Shown piece by piece: positions 41,541 through 51,117 of a stretch of DNA of 64,000 nucleotides. Position numbers and translations under genes: made by a program. The notes below the pieces were generated by a model that was not told the DNA's origin, ran no database searches, and saw nothing but the letters and a program-made list of their open reading frames with translations. The first letter of the stretch is position 1, and each line of letters begins with the position of its first letter. This DNA comes from Deltaproteobacteria bacterium. Lineage in GTDB: Bacteria; Desulfobacterota; Binatia; UBA12015. The DNA lies in the NCBI GenBank assembly GCA_046583355.1, contig JAYGCM010000034.1, positions 11,566 to 75,565 on the forward strand, given 5' to 3'.

Positions 41541-42551
41541 TCAATCCGTCTCGCTTTGTCGCTCCAGCCGGCGCAGGCGTTTCAAGATTCCCGGCAGGCG
41601 CCGGATCGCGGCCTCCTCGCGGCGCCAATCCCGGACAGGGCGCCAAGGAAATCCCCCGATCATCTCCCCTGCGGGCACATCGGATTGCACGCCTGTGCGG
41701 CCCGCCGCGCGCACATCGTCACCGATCGTCAGATGACCACCGGCGGCCGCCTGGCCGCCGAGCTGAACCCGCCTGCCGACAATCGTGCTTCCCGCCAGCC
41801 CCACCTGCGCGGCGATCAGAGCCTCGCGGCGAATCGTACAGCCATGCGCGACCATCACCAGATTGTCGAGTTTCACACCCGACTCGATACGCGTGACGCC
41901 AATCGTTGCCCGGTCCACGGTAGTATTGGCACCGATGGAGACATCATCGCCAATCTCGACATGGCCGATCTGCGGCAGCGTATGCACGCCGCCGCCGGGC
42001 AGAGGAATATTGCCGAACCCCTCATTGCCGAGCGCCGCGCCGCTCAAAATCTGCACGCGGTCACCGATCTTCGTCCCCTCACGCACGACGACATTGGCAT
42101 GCGCCACGAAATCATCGCCTATGGTGACATCCGGGTAGATCCGGACTCCGGGGTGCAGCGTGACACGCGCTCCGATGCGCGTGCGGGCACCGATCGTCAC
42201 CTGGTCGGCGATGCACGCGGCCTCGCCGATCTGCACGTCGGCTGCAATATGCGCTGATTCGGCAATCTTCTGGTCGAGTGCGAGCGGGCGCTTGAAGATC
42301 TCCAGCGCCATCGCGAAGCCCATATAGGCATCGTCGACCCGCAGCAGAGCGCAGCCCGGCCCCTCGACATCGCGGCCCACAATCAGCGCACCCGCCCGGG
42401 TATCCTTGAGCTTGGCCGCGTAGCGGGGGTTGGAGAGGAACGAGAGATCCTGCGCCTCGGCGTCTTCGAGCGGCTGCAATCCGCGGATTTCCGTATTGCC
42501 ATCCCCTTCGAGGTCCGCACCCAGCGATTTGGCGATTTCAGCGAGTTTCAT
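41541..42551 (-). CDS. lpxD: UDP-3-O-acyl-glucosamine N-acyltransferase
   Basis: Hexapeptide repeats, [26 protein letters not shown]. Confidence 0.96.
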   Translation of the reverse strand: MKLAEIAKSLGADLEGDGNTEIRGLQPLEDAEAQDLSFLSNPRYAAKLKDTRAGALIVGRDVEGPGCALLRVDDAYMGFAMALEIFKRPLALDQKIAESAHIAADVQIGEAACIADQVTIGARTRIGARVTLHPGVRIYPDVTIGDDFVAHANVVVREGTKIGDRVQILSGAALGNEGFGNIPLPGGGVHTLPQIGHVEIGDDVSIGANTTVDRATIGVTRIESGVKLDNLVMVAHGCTIRREALIAAQVGLAGSTIVGRRVQLGGQAAAGGHLTIGDDVRAAGRTGVQSDVPAGEMIGGFPWRPVRDWRREEAAIRRLPGILKRLRRLERQSETD

Positions 42552-42665
42552 ACGCCTCGTCTATCAGGCGCAAGACGTCTCGGAAACGCCGCGGGTGGCT
42601 ACGCCAAGCGGCCCGGCCACCAGCTTGGGATTGCGTTTGTGTGGTTCTGTGGCTAGCCAAAGCCC

Positions 42666-42914
42666 GTGCAAGAGCGGCCCATCCGGCGCCCCATGGCGCT
42701 TCTTCTCGTGGTCTTGGTGACCCTTGCGTCCGGCTGTGCGGCGCAGGTGAGCATCCCCCGCGCGCCGAAGCTCCCGGAGGTGCGATTCATTGCACCCAAC
42801 GACCCCGATGCCGTCATCGCGCTTTCGGCCGACGACGAAATCAGCCTGGTCGAGCGCGACCGGCTCTTGCGCGAACGAATCCGCCTGCTCGAGGATTTGC
42901 TGGCGACACATTGA
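42666..42914 (+). CDS. Small putative lipoprotein
   Basis: Hydrophobic signal ALLLVVLVTLASGC with lipobox; coiled-coil-like tail. Confidence 0.65.
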   Translation: MQERPIRRPMALLLVVLVTLASGCAAQVSIPRAPKLPEVRFIAPNDPDAVIALSADDEISLVERDRLLRERIRLLEDLLATH

Positions 42915-42956
42915 GATCGAGCGCTCCAAGCGAGCGCGCGCGAACGGACCAGAGAG

Positions 42957-43334
42957 ATGGAAGCACCCGATTGGAGCAAGGGCCTGGTGCCCGCGATCGC
43001 ACAGGATTTTGCCACCGGCGAAGTCCTGATGATGGCCTATATGAACGAGGCGGCTTGGCAGGAGACCCTGCGTACCGGGCGCGCTTGCTATTGGAGCCGC
43101 TCGCGCGAGAAATTGTGGCGCAAGGGTGAGGAATCCGGCCACCACCAGGAGGTCCGCGAAATCCGCATCGATTGCGACCGCGACACGATCGTCATGCGCG
43201 TCGTGCAGCATGGTGGCGCCGCTTGCCATATCGGCTACCGCAGCTGTTTCTACCGCCGCCTCGATGGCAACCAATGGACAATTGACGACGCGAGGGTCTT
43301 CGACCCAGCCGATGTCTACGAGAAGAAAAAATGA
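42957..43334 (+). CDS. hisI: Phosphoribosyl-AMP cyclohydrolase
   Basis: [30 protein letters not shown]. Confidence 0.98.
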   Translation: MEAPDWSKGLVPAIAQDFATGEVLMMAYMNEAAWQETLRTGRACYWSRSREKLWRKGEESGHHQEVREIRIDCDRDTIVMRVVQHGGAACHIGYRSCFYRRLDGNQWTIDDARVFDPADVYEKKK

Positions 43335-44233
43335 CCACTTCTGATTCCCCACTGCGTTTCGGGATCCCCAAGGGGAGCCTCGAAAAAATGACGATCGACC
43401 TCTTCGCGCGCGCCGGTTGGCGCATCCAGACGAGTGCGCGCAGCTATTTCCCCACCATCGATGATGAGGGCATCCGCTGCTCCTTGATGCGGCCACAAGA
43501 GATGTCCCGCTATATCGAAAAAGGCACGCTCGACGCGGGAATCACCGGCCACGATTGGGTCGTGGAGAACGACTCCCAGATCGAAAAGGTCGCCGACCTC
43601 GTCTACTCCAAAGTCACGCTCCAGGGCACGCGATGGGTACTCGTCGTCAAGGAAGACTCGCCGGTACGCAAGCCGGCCGACCTTGCCGGCAAACGGATCT
43701 CGACCGAGTTGATGAATGTCACGCGTCGTTTCTTCGCAGATCAGAATATCGACGTAGAGGTCGAATTCTCCTGGGGCGCTACCGAAGCCAAAGTGGCCGA
43801 AGGCCTCGTCGATGCCATCGTCGATGTCACCGAAACTGGATCGACATTGCGCGCCAATCAGCTGCGGATCGTTGCCGAGTTGATTCCTTCCAATCCGGTT
43901 CTGATCGCGAATCGCGATGCCTGGAAGGATCCTGCCCGGCGCGAAAAAATCGAACAAATCGCTCTGCTCCTGGGCGGAGCACTCGAGGCGCAGGGCAAAG
44001 TCGGCCTGAAGCTCAACGTCAAAGAAGAGGGCCTCGATGCCGTCATCGCACTGGTACCGAGCCTGACGGCGCCCACCGTATCCACCCTCGCCCAGACCGA
44101 GGGGCTACACGGCGAGAAATGGTTCGCCGTCGAGGCCGTGGTTGCCGAGCGAGAAGTACGCGACCTGATCCCGCAACTCCTGCGGGCCGGCGCCATGGGC
44201 ATCATCGAGTACCCGCTGAACAAGCTGATCTAG
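43331..44233 (+). CDS. hisG: ATP phosphoribosyltransferase (long form)
   Basis: [26 protein letters not shown]-terminal regulatory domain. Confidence 0.97.
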   Translation: MTTSDSPLRFGIPKGSLEKMTIDLFARAGWRIQTSARSYFPTIDDEGIRCSLMRPQEMSRYIEKGTLDAGITGHDWVVENDSQIEKVADLVYSKVTLQGTRWVLVVKEDSPVRKPADLAGKRISTELMNVTRRFFADQNIDVEVEFSWGATEAKVAEGLVDAIVDVTETGSTLRANQLRIVAELIPSNPVLIANRDAWKDPARREKIEQIALLLGGALEAQGKVGLKLNVKEEGLDAVIALVPSLTAPTVSTLAQTEGLHGEKWFAVEAVVAEREVRDLIPQLLRAGAMGIIEYPLNKLI

Positions 44234-44299
44234 AAACGCGACCGAAAAGCAGGTCTTCATCCAAGCGCCGCTTGCGGCCGCTGGACTGCGTCACGCTTG

Positions 44300-44603
44300 C
44301 GGCGGTGCATGAGGGGTATTCTGGCGCGACGCTTCAGGCTGCATCCCAACCAGATCTACCAGTGGAAGCGCATCGACGAAATCCATCTCAAATGGCCGTT
44401 CTACGGAAGCCGCAAAATCGCGCAAACGCTGCGGATGGATTTCTGGGTCGAGGTACTGACCGAGGCATTCGAGAAATACGGGAAGCCGAACATTTTCAAC
44501 ACCGATCAGGGATCGCAGCGTGATGCTATTCAACCAATAAATAGGGAAGCAGGATTCACCTTGGTAATGGCCTATAATGGTCCGAACAATGGGGTCCACT
44601 TCA
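44300..44603 (+). mobile_element. Collapsed IS3-family remnant
   Basis: LARRFRLHPNQIYQWK (OrfA HTH), RIDEIHLKWPFYGSRKI (OrfB N-region) and EVLTEAFEKYGKPNIFNTDQGSQ (integrase core) are abutted. Right end ...ggtccgaacaatggggtccacttCA resembles an IS3 inverted repeat. Confidence 0.85.
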
Positions 44604-44660
44604 GGCGCGACTCGGCCACGCATGGGGCGCGACCCGGGTTACCCGCGAAACCGGGGCGAA

Positions 44661-45146
44661 TCAGCTGCCTTGGGCAGCTGCGTTATACTCGTCTTCGGAG
44701 TAGCCGATCGCCTCAAGAAAGGGCGCTTTTTCCTCGCCCGTCATGATGTAGATGCCTTCCCAGCCGCAGACTTCTTCGCAGAGGCGACAGCCAACGCAGG
44801 TCTTCTCGTTGACGATGACCTTGCCGAGGAAGGTGACATCGTTGCCCGGCGCGGAATCAAGCGAGTCAAAGGGGCAGACATCGATGCAAACGCCGCAGCC
44901 ATTGCAATTGTCCGGGTGGACAATCGCAACTGGACGCAGGGGCTTTTTGAGCACCTCCGTGCGGTTGCCGAAGGTATCGAGGATGGCATCGTCCGGGCAG
45001 ATCACGCCACAGGCACCGCAATCGATGCACAGGCTGTCGACGATCAGGTAGGCCTTCTTGGGGTCGCCGGAGATCGCGCGTGTGGGACAGCGCTGCTCGC
45101 ACGCGCTGCAACCGGTGCAATTCTCGGCAATGATCGTAAAAGGCAT
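44661..45146 (-). CDS. Polyferredoxin with four [4Fe-4S] motifs
   Basis: CTGCSACEQRC, CIDCGACGVIC, CNGCGVCIDVC, CVGCRLCEEVC. Confidence 0.93.
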   Translation of the reverse strand: MPFTIIAENCTGCSACEQRCPTRAISGDPKKAYLIVDSLCIDCGACGVICPDDAILDTFGNRTEVLKKPLRPVAIVHPDNCNGCGVCIDVCPFDSLDSAPGNDVTFLGKVIVNEKTCVGCRLCEEVCGWEGIYIMTGEEKAPFLEAIGYSEDEYNAAAQGS

Positions 45147-45206
45147 GCGACTGCTGGTCTTTCTGCTTGCTCAAGGCCCGCCCAAGGTGGCCGGCTGACA
45201 GAGCTG

Positions 45207-45410
45207 CTATTCCTGCATCTTGCGCAGGATCTCGTCTTCGCGACCCTGCCGAATCAGCTCGTCGTTTTTCCGGGCTTCCTTGAAGCCCAGATACGTGAAG
45301 CCGAAAACCAGAACGAGCATCCCGATGATCGGGATATTGTCCGGCCGGACGAGCATGAGGAGGAAAGCCTCAATTGCGGAAGCGTTCGGGTCCGAATGCA
45401 TATGAGCCAA
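45207..45410 (-). CDS. Small single-TM protein with PDNIPI motif
   Basis: RPDNIPIIGMLVLVFGFTYLG followed by a charged tail. Confidence 0.75.
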   Translation of the reverse strand: MAHMHSDPNASAIEAFLLMLVRPDNIPIIGMLVLVFGFTYLGFKEARKNDELIRQGREDEILRKMQE

Positions 45411-45432
45411 TTACCAATCTGCGAAGGATGAG

Positions 45433-45708
45433 TCAAATTCGCCCAGCTGGCCGGAGCTTTTCTTTTAGCTCCTGGAGTTGATTCACCCGCGCACGCAATC
45501 CGCGCAGCTGGTCGGTGAGCGAAGCGATATGGGTCAAGGCGGTCTCGATCTCTTCCTGGGCGATCCGCCCCGTGACGGCTCGCAATTGTGCGTGCCTCTC
45601 GATCAGCTCCGGGATGCCGCGATACCCCGACTGCCCCACCCGCCGGCCGAGCTCGCCCCAGATCCGCATCAGATCATCAGCATCACGCCTGAATTCGAGT
45701 TCTTCCAC
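45433..45708 (-). CDS. Hypothetical helical/coiled-coil protein
   Basis: Protein-like 91 aa ORF co-oriented with neighbours. Confidence 0.6.
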   Translation of the reverse strand: MEELEFRRDADDLMRIWGELGRRVGQSGYRGIPELIERHAQLRAVTGRIAQEEIETALTHIASLTDQLRGLRARVNQLQELKEKLRPAGRI

Positions 45709-46966
45709 CAGGGCTGGCTTCTACCGGCAACGCAGCCGCAGGGAAAGGCGCGAGCGATAGCCGTGCGAAGTCGCCGGCCGTAGAGGCCCCGAGCGCGGCA
45801 CGCGTACAGCCAAGCAGCGGCTGGGCGAGACGCGGCCAGGAATGTTCCTCGCCGAGGCGACGCCATGCGGCCGCGCCGCGCCGTGCCGACTCATCAGGCT
45901 CCGCGAGGGCCTCGCTCATGGCTGCGGCAAACGCGGCCGGCGTATTTTCCTGCACGACCCATCCTGTCTCACCGTCGACGACACCCTTGGCCGAGCCGGC
46001 CAGCGCGACGGTCGGCAGCCCGGCCGCCATATAGTTCAGCGTCTTGATCGGGAAGCCCGACCAGGAATGGCGCGGCGATACTCCCACCCGCGCAGCACCC
46101 AATTCCGCCGCCACCTCGGCCAGGCTCTCGGCCTCGATGATCTGGATCCGCGGCGCAAGGGCACTCATGCGACGCCGCGCGAGAACGCTGCCGCGGGCAT
46201 GCGTGACGACACGCAGCTCCGCATGCGGATTCCCTGCCGCCACCAGCGACCAGGCGCGAAAGAGCATCTCCAGGTTCTGGTATTGATCGCAATTGCCGGC
46301 AAAGACCACGCGTGGGGCCCGCACAGAGCGGCGCGCGGCCTGGAAGGGTGTCGGGTCCAGGCCGGGCGGAATCTCCCAGATACGCGACTCGACCACGCCG
46401 CGCCCCACTAAATGGCGACCCACATCGGCACTGAGGACAACCACCTGATCGGCCATCCTCGGCAGAAAACCGTCCATGGCACGCGCCGCACGCGTGACGG
46501 CCGGCGACAGCCAACGCGGGGTATAAAGCGGCAATTCGTCCTCGGCAATATTATGCGCGTGGTAGACCACCCGCGTGCCGAAGACCTGGCGCGCCACCAA
46601 GGCCGCGGCCAACCCCTCGTAATTATGGGCGTGCAGCACTTCGAGTTGCTCGCGGCGGACCACATCGAGAAGCCGCAGGGTGAGTAAGGCATCGAAAAAG
46701 GGGCGTTCGAGAAGATGCAATCCACTCACACTCGGGCGCGGACGAAAGCGCATAATGCGGCTGAGTGCGTGGCGCGCATAAGGCACCTCAGGACCGTGCG
46801 GGTCGAGGGGAGCAATGAGGTGCACCTCCTCGCCGGCGCTAGCCAACGCGCGTGCCATCTCGCCTATATGAATCTGGGAACCGCGCGGCGCAGGGAAGCG
46901 GCAAGCGGCGACAATGCCGACCTTGCGTCGAGCAAATGAGTTCCGCTTAGAAGAGTGTGTAGACAA
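45683..46966 (-). CDS. Glycosyltransferase family 4
   Basis: FPAPRGSQ, VLHAHNYEG, VVYHAH, GFPIKTLNYMAAGLP. Start uncertain. Confidence 0.9.
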   Translation of the reverse strand: MSTHSSKRNSFARRKVGIVAACRFPAPRGSQIHIGEMARALASAGEEVHLIAPLDPHGPEVPYARHALSRIMRFRPRPSVSGLHLLERPFFDALLTLRLLDVVRREQLEVLHAHNYEGLAAALVARQVFGTRVVYHAHNIAEDELPLYTPRWLSPAVTRAARAMDGFLPRMADQVVVLSADVGRHLVGRGVVESRIWEIPPGLDPTPFQAARRSVRAPRVVFAGNCDQYQNLEMLFRAWSLVAAGNPHAELRVVTHARGSVLARRRMSALAPRIQIIEAESLAEVAAELGAARVGVSPRHSWSGFPIKTLNYMAAGLPTVALAGSAKGVVDGETGWVVQENTPAAFAAAMSEALAEPDESARRGAAAWRRLGEEHSWPRLAQPLLGCTRAALGASTAGDFARLSLAPFPAAALPVEASPGGRTRIQA

Positions 46967-47102
46967 AGGGTGAGGATTCCGTCGAGCGCCCCAGATAGAG
47001 CAACAATGCTGTGATGACGACCACGCTCAAGGCCGGCGCCATCCACCAGATTTTGTAACGCCAAAGAAAGCGAAGAAGGGTCTCGTTGTCGTCCTCAGCC
47101 AT
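46947..47102 (-). CDS. Small membrane protein, DUF5989-like (51 aa), not in ORF track
   Basis: MAEDDNETLLRFLWRYKIWWMAPALSVVVITALLLYLGRSTESSPFVYTLF*. KxWWxxP...PFxYTLF signature. Confidence 0.85.
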   Translation of the reverse strand: MAEDDNETLLRFLWRYKIWWMAPALSVVVITALLLYLGRSTESSPFVYTLF

Positions 47103-47116
47103 ACGCCCGCTCTTTC

Positions 47117-48565
47117 CTAAAGGTGACCGGCCACTCCATTGGCGGGGCCGCCCACGTCTCTTCGCGTACTCTTTGAGGTTCCCTTGTTGCGGAACTCGTC
47201 GCGTTTGAGGCCATAGGATTTCATCTTGCGATGCAGCGTAGCCGCATCGACCAGCGCATGCTTCGCGCTATTGCTGATCCCGCCTGCGTATTTCTTTAGC
47301 ACATGACCGAGGTACTCGCGCTCACAGCGCCGCATAAACTCCCTGAGGGGAATCTCGAAATCATAATTGCGACGGCCTCCCGTGCGCTCGGGGGGCCGCT
47401 TGCTGGAGTTCGGAAGGTTGATTTCCTTGAGCAGGCCGTCGGTCGCATGAAGAATCGATCGCTCCAATACGTTTCCGAGTTCCCGGATATTACCCGGCCA
47501 ATGGTGGCTCATGAGCTGCGAGAGGGCCTTGTTTGAAATCCGGTTGATGCCCTGCTCCTTGGCGAACTCCGAGTTGCGCAGGAATTCCGCGACCAGAAGC
47601 GGCACATCCTCGATGCGGTCGCGCAGCGGCGGAATGTTCAAGGGCACGACGTTGATGCGGTAGTAGAAATCTTCTCGCATCTGGCCGCTGGCGACCAGGA
47701 TATCGAGGTCGACGTTGGTCGCCGCGATTATTCTCATATTGACGCAGATACGGCGATTCGAACCAAGCCGCTCGATCTCGCGCTCCTCAAGGACGCGCAA
47801 AAGCTTGAGTTGCATATTGAGCGAAATGGCCTCGATCTCGTCCAGGAACAACGTCCCGCCCGAGGAGTCCTCGATGCGCCCGATGCGGTCGCCCACAGCC
47901 CCCGTGAAGGCGCCGCGGTCGTAGCCGAAGAGTTCACTCTCGAGCAGTGAATCCGGGAACGCCGCGCAGTTGATCGGAACGAATTTGCCGGCCTTGCGCC
48001 GCCCCTGGTAGTGAATCGCGCGGGCGCAGAGTTCCTTGCCCGTGCCGGACTCGCCGGTCAGGAGCACCGTCGGGTCGGCTTGCGCGAGCGTCTTGATTTG
48101 CGAGAAAATCTCATGCATCCGTGGGTTGCGGGACACCATATTCGCGAAAGAATAGCGCTCCTCGAGTTGCCCGCGGAGATAGTTGATCTCATCGACCAGA
48201 CGGCGCTTCTCCAGCACCTTCTCGGTTGCGATCAGAATCTCTTCGTTCTGAAAAGGCTTGGTGATGTAGTCTGAAGCACCGTGCTTGATCGCCTCTACCG
48301 CGCCTTTGATACTCGCGTAGCCGGTGATCATGATCACATTCATATCCGGGTAGCGCTCGAGCACCTCCTTGGTCAGGCTGAGGCCATCGGTTCCGGGAAG
48401 TTTGAGATCGACCATGACGAGCGAATATTCCTCCGCCGCCAAGGCTTCGAAGGCATCCGGTGCCGTAAGCGCGCTGTTCACAATATAGTGTTGCGCGCGG
48501 AAAAGTTCTTCGAGTTGGCGACAGATAAAAGGGTCGTCGTCGATGATGAGGATCCGTGTTTCCAT
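47117..48565 (-). CDS. Sigma54-dependent response regulator (NtrC family)
   Basis: REC domain (IIDDD, VDLKLP, KPF), GESGTGKE, GAFTGA, LFLDEI, WPGNIREL, Fis-type HTH. Confidence 0.97.
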   Translation of the reverse strand: METRILIIDDDPFICRQLEELFRAQHYIVNSALTAPDAFEALAAEEYSLVMVDLKLPGTDGLSLTKEVLERYPDMNVIMITGYASIKGAVEAIKHGASDYITKPFQNEEILIATEKVLEKRRLVDEINYLRGQLEERYSFANMVSRNPRMHEIFSQIKTLAQADPTVLLTGESGTGKELCARAIHYQGRRKAGKFVPINCAAFPDSLLESELFGYDRGAFTGAVGDRIGRIEDSSGGTLFLDEIEAISLNMQLKLLRVLEEREIERLGSNRRICVNMRIIAATNVDLDILVASGQMREDFYYRINVVPLNIPPLRDRIEDVPLLVAEFLRNSEFAKEQGINRISNKALSQLMSHHWPGNIRELGNVLERSILHATDGLLKEINLPNSSKRPPERTGGRRNYDFEIPLREFMRRCEREYLGHVLKKYAGGISNSAKHALVDAATLHRKMKSYGLKRDEFRNKGTSKSTRRDVGGPANGVAGHL

Positions 48566-48573
48566 TGAACTGC

Positions 48574-49221
48574 CTAACCGATCCAGGGCAGAACGAGCCG
48601 AATTTCAGCCGTCCCATCCACTGCGTTGCAGGGGGAAAGACGCCCCCCATGAGATTCCATCGTATGCTGGGCGTTGGCCCATTCGAGAACATGCATCTCG
48701 CCCATTGGTGTCGCCGCAGGCGCAATCGGCGCGGCGACGAGAAACTCGATGCGGGAAGAGTCGTCTGCGGCGCGCACATGCAGCTGGCATTGCGGGCGAT
48801 CCCCGACGCCGGCTGCCCGCAGAGCCTGTGCGACCTTGCGCAGCACGGCCGAGAAACGACCGGGGTCAAGGGAGAGTTCGCGACTCTCGACATCCGCCGC
48901 GAGGTCCAATTGGACGCCGCCTTCGACAAATTCGGTCTGCAGCACTTGCAGCGCCGCACGAGCAACATCGCCCGTCGACATCGTGACCGGCTCGATCCGC
49001 AGAGGCTCCAGATAGGTCATGGCGAGCTCCAAGAAGCGCTCCAGGTTCTGAATCGTGCGTTGCAGCGGCTGTTCGGTGGTGTCTTGCGCCGACACAGGCT
49101 CGCTATCCTGCACGGCTTCCGCCCAGAAATAGAGCTTGTGGAAATGGTTGCCGAGCTCATGGCGAATGTCGCGCAGGACTTCATCCGGGGCCGTCGCGCG
49201 TTCGGGCATGGGCTGCGTCAT
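48574..49221 (-). CDS. Histidine kinase-like protein with H-box but degenerate ATPase domain
   Basis: DIRHELGN H-box and HGGRL, but no N-box Asn or DxGxG/GxGL. Stop 8 nt before the regulator start. Start may be 49311. Confidence 0.75.
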   Translation of the reverse strand: MTQPMPERATAPDEVLRDIRHELGNHFHKLYFWAEAVQDSEPVSAQDTTEQPLQRTIQNLERFLELAMTYLEPLRIEPVTMSTGDVARAALQVLQTEFVEGGVQLDLAADVESRELSLDPGRFSAVLRKVAQALRAAGVGDRPQCQLHVRAADDSSRIEFLVAAPIAPAATPMGEMHVLEWANAQHTMESHGGRLSPCNAVDGTAEIRLVLPWIG

Positions 49222-49521
49222 GCGACGAGGCCGCCCTTCTCGCTGCTCATTGCCGCAAGCCCGCTGGGCTCGCCTGGATTCCTGACCCGCATCCACTTCC
49301 ATTTCCTCCATTCGCAGGCACGCATTCGTGCACTACTATGTGTCTTGTCGGCGCAGGGCCGACTCCTCGTTAGCTGCAGAGCTGCCACATTTCGTCCGGA
49401 AAAATGCGGTATGCGTGGGCGTATGAGGGGGATGGAGAAGCGGGTTCTATAGGTTCTGTGTAGGGGGTGGTGCTGGTGCTGCTTTTTTTCGTAGGGATCG
49501 TAATTTCCGTGATCTACCGGC

Positions 49522-49665
49522 CTAGTGGATCCACCCGATCATCCAGAGGAGGAAATGCGTTCCGACAACAATAGAAGCGATTGCGAGAACCACGAGGAAG
49601 GAGGAGCGGTCGCGGCGTACCCCACGCCTTCGCGTGGGTGGGTGAAATTCAATCCGCACGGCCAT
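49522..49665 (-). CDS. Putative small membrane protein (47 aa), not in ORF track
   Basis: MAVRIEFHPPTRRRGVRRDRSSFLVVLAIASIVVGTHFLLWMIGWIH*: basic N-terminus and one C-terminal TM helix. Confidence 0.5.
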   Translation of the reverse strand: MAVRIEFHPPTRRRGVRRDRSSFLVVLAIASIVVGTHFLLWMIGWIH

Positions 49666-49771
49666 CACGGACCATTAGAGCCGCAAAAGACAGGGCCTGT
49701 CAATCTCCGGCGCTATAGCGGCTTGCGTCATTGCACGATCCGCGCGGCGCCATCGCGCACGATCGCAATGC

Positions 49772-50206
49772 TTATTCGCGATCTTCAGAGCGGCCGGGAA
49801 AAAGTTCGACAACCTTCGCTGGGCCCTCGCGCGGGACCAGGCGAATATTCCCCTTGGCCCCCGCTGGCCGGACTCTTGCGGCGGCGCCGGGCAGCGGCGC
49901 CTCGTCCCCGGCGCTGGCCTCGCCTGCTTCGACGTCTGCAGCCGCTGCATGCACGGCACCGATCTCGGGCAGCCGTTCCAGACGCATCGGCTGGCCGCTC
50001 ATGGTGAAATCCTTACCGTCGAGCTGCTCTTGCTCGAGGATCCAGGTGATCGGACGCGGCGGCACCGCCAAAAGCAGCAGGTCGCAATGAAACCAGCCCT
50101 CCAGCTCATGCGGCCGAATCGCCTCGACGCGGGCAAAGCCCGCCGGATTCCCGTCGGCTTGAATGAGAAGTAGATCTCCGGGCCCAGTATGGCGTTCGCT
50201 TGTCAC
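49772..50206 (-). CDS. Conserved hypothetical protein
   Basis: FARVEAI, GWFH, ITWIL, FTMSG, MRLE; resembles a recalled deltaproteobacterial hypothetical family. GTG start inferred. Confidence 0.7.
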   Translation of the reverse strand: MTSERHTGPGDLLLIQADGNPAGFARVEAIRPHELEGWFHCDLLLLAVPPRPITWILEQEQLDGKDFTMSGQPMRLERLPEIGAVHAAAADVEAGEASAGDEAPLPGAAARVRPAGAKGNIRLVPREGPAKVVELFPGRSEDRE

Positions 50207-50300
50207 AGCTCCGAGATTAGAGGCCGCGCGACAATATGCAAAGAGCGCCGGGCCAACACAGCCCTGCCGGTCGAAAGGAGGAGCCGATGCGAGAGGAGCG

Positions 50301-51089
50301 TCAGGTGTCTGCCAGCAGCGCGAAAATCTCGTCACGCAGGGCTGGCGTCGTGCCGATGCCCGAGGCGCCGTGGATAGTCGTGCGCCCCTGCCAGTCGACA
50401 AAGAGCCCCCCGGCCTCGCTCAGAATCGGCACCAGGGGCGCGCAATCCCAAGGTGCGAGGAGCGGATCGAAGATCGCCTCGGCCTGGCCCATCGCGACCA
50501 GCGCGTAGCCATAGCAATCGCCCCAGCCCCGGTGGCGCCCGCATGCATCGAGCACGCGGGCAAAGCCTGGTGCCTTGGCGCCGAAATGGGCCGGCTTCGC
50601 GTCGGTTGTCAGAATGGTCGCATCGGCCAGTCGGTCGACCGCCGAGACCGAGATACGCTCGCCATCGCGCCACGCACCCCCGCCCTGCACCGCCCACAGG
50701 CTCATATCGAGTGCCGGGAAGCCCATGACGCCCAGCGGCACCGAGTCACCGATTTCGAGCCCGAGGAGAGTCCCGTAGAAGGGAACGCCGCGAATGAAGG
50801 ATTGCGTCCCGTCGATCGGGTCGACGATCCAGCGCCGACCGCTGGTGCCGGGCTTCTCGCCATGTTCTTCGCCGAGGATCGCGTCGTCCGGAAAGGCCTC
50901 CGCCAGCCCTTCGCAGATCAGCGTCTCGGTGCGCCTATCGGCCACCGTCACGGGACTCTCGTCGGCTTTTGTTTCGACATCGAGATCCTTGCCGAAATAT
51001 TCAAGCGTGAGGTCGCCAGCCCGGCGCACGAGCGCGCGAGCTACTTCGAGTTCCTTCTCCAGGTTCTGCATCTTCCAAGAGTCGCCCAT
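50301..51089 (-). CDS. hisN: Inositol monophosphatase family, probable histidinol-phosphate phosphatase
   Basis: KADESPVTVADR, GEEHG, WIVDPIDGT, WGDCYGY, WDCAPL. Confidence 0.85.
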   Translation of the reverse strand: MGDSWKMQNLEKELEVARALVRRAGDLTLEYFGKDLDVETKADESPVTVADRRTETLICEGLAEAFPDDAILGEEHGEKPGTSGRRWIVDPIDGTQSFIRGVPFYGTLLGLEIGDSVPLGVMGFPALDMSLWAVQGGGAWRDGERISVSAVDRLADATILTTDAKPAHFGAKAPGFARVLDACGRHRGWGDCYGYALVAMGQAEAIFDPLLAPWDCAPLVPILSEAGGLFVDWQGRTTIHGASGIGTTPALRDEIFALLADT

Positions 51090-51117
51090 GGGAGAGCCGC
51101 AGCGTCAACCCGGCCGA

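Noticed and set aside
49372..49388. Sigma54 promoter (minus strand TGGCAGCTCTGCAGC)
   Set aside because: GG-N10-GC spacing fits but the -12 element lacks TT; too weak to call.
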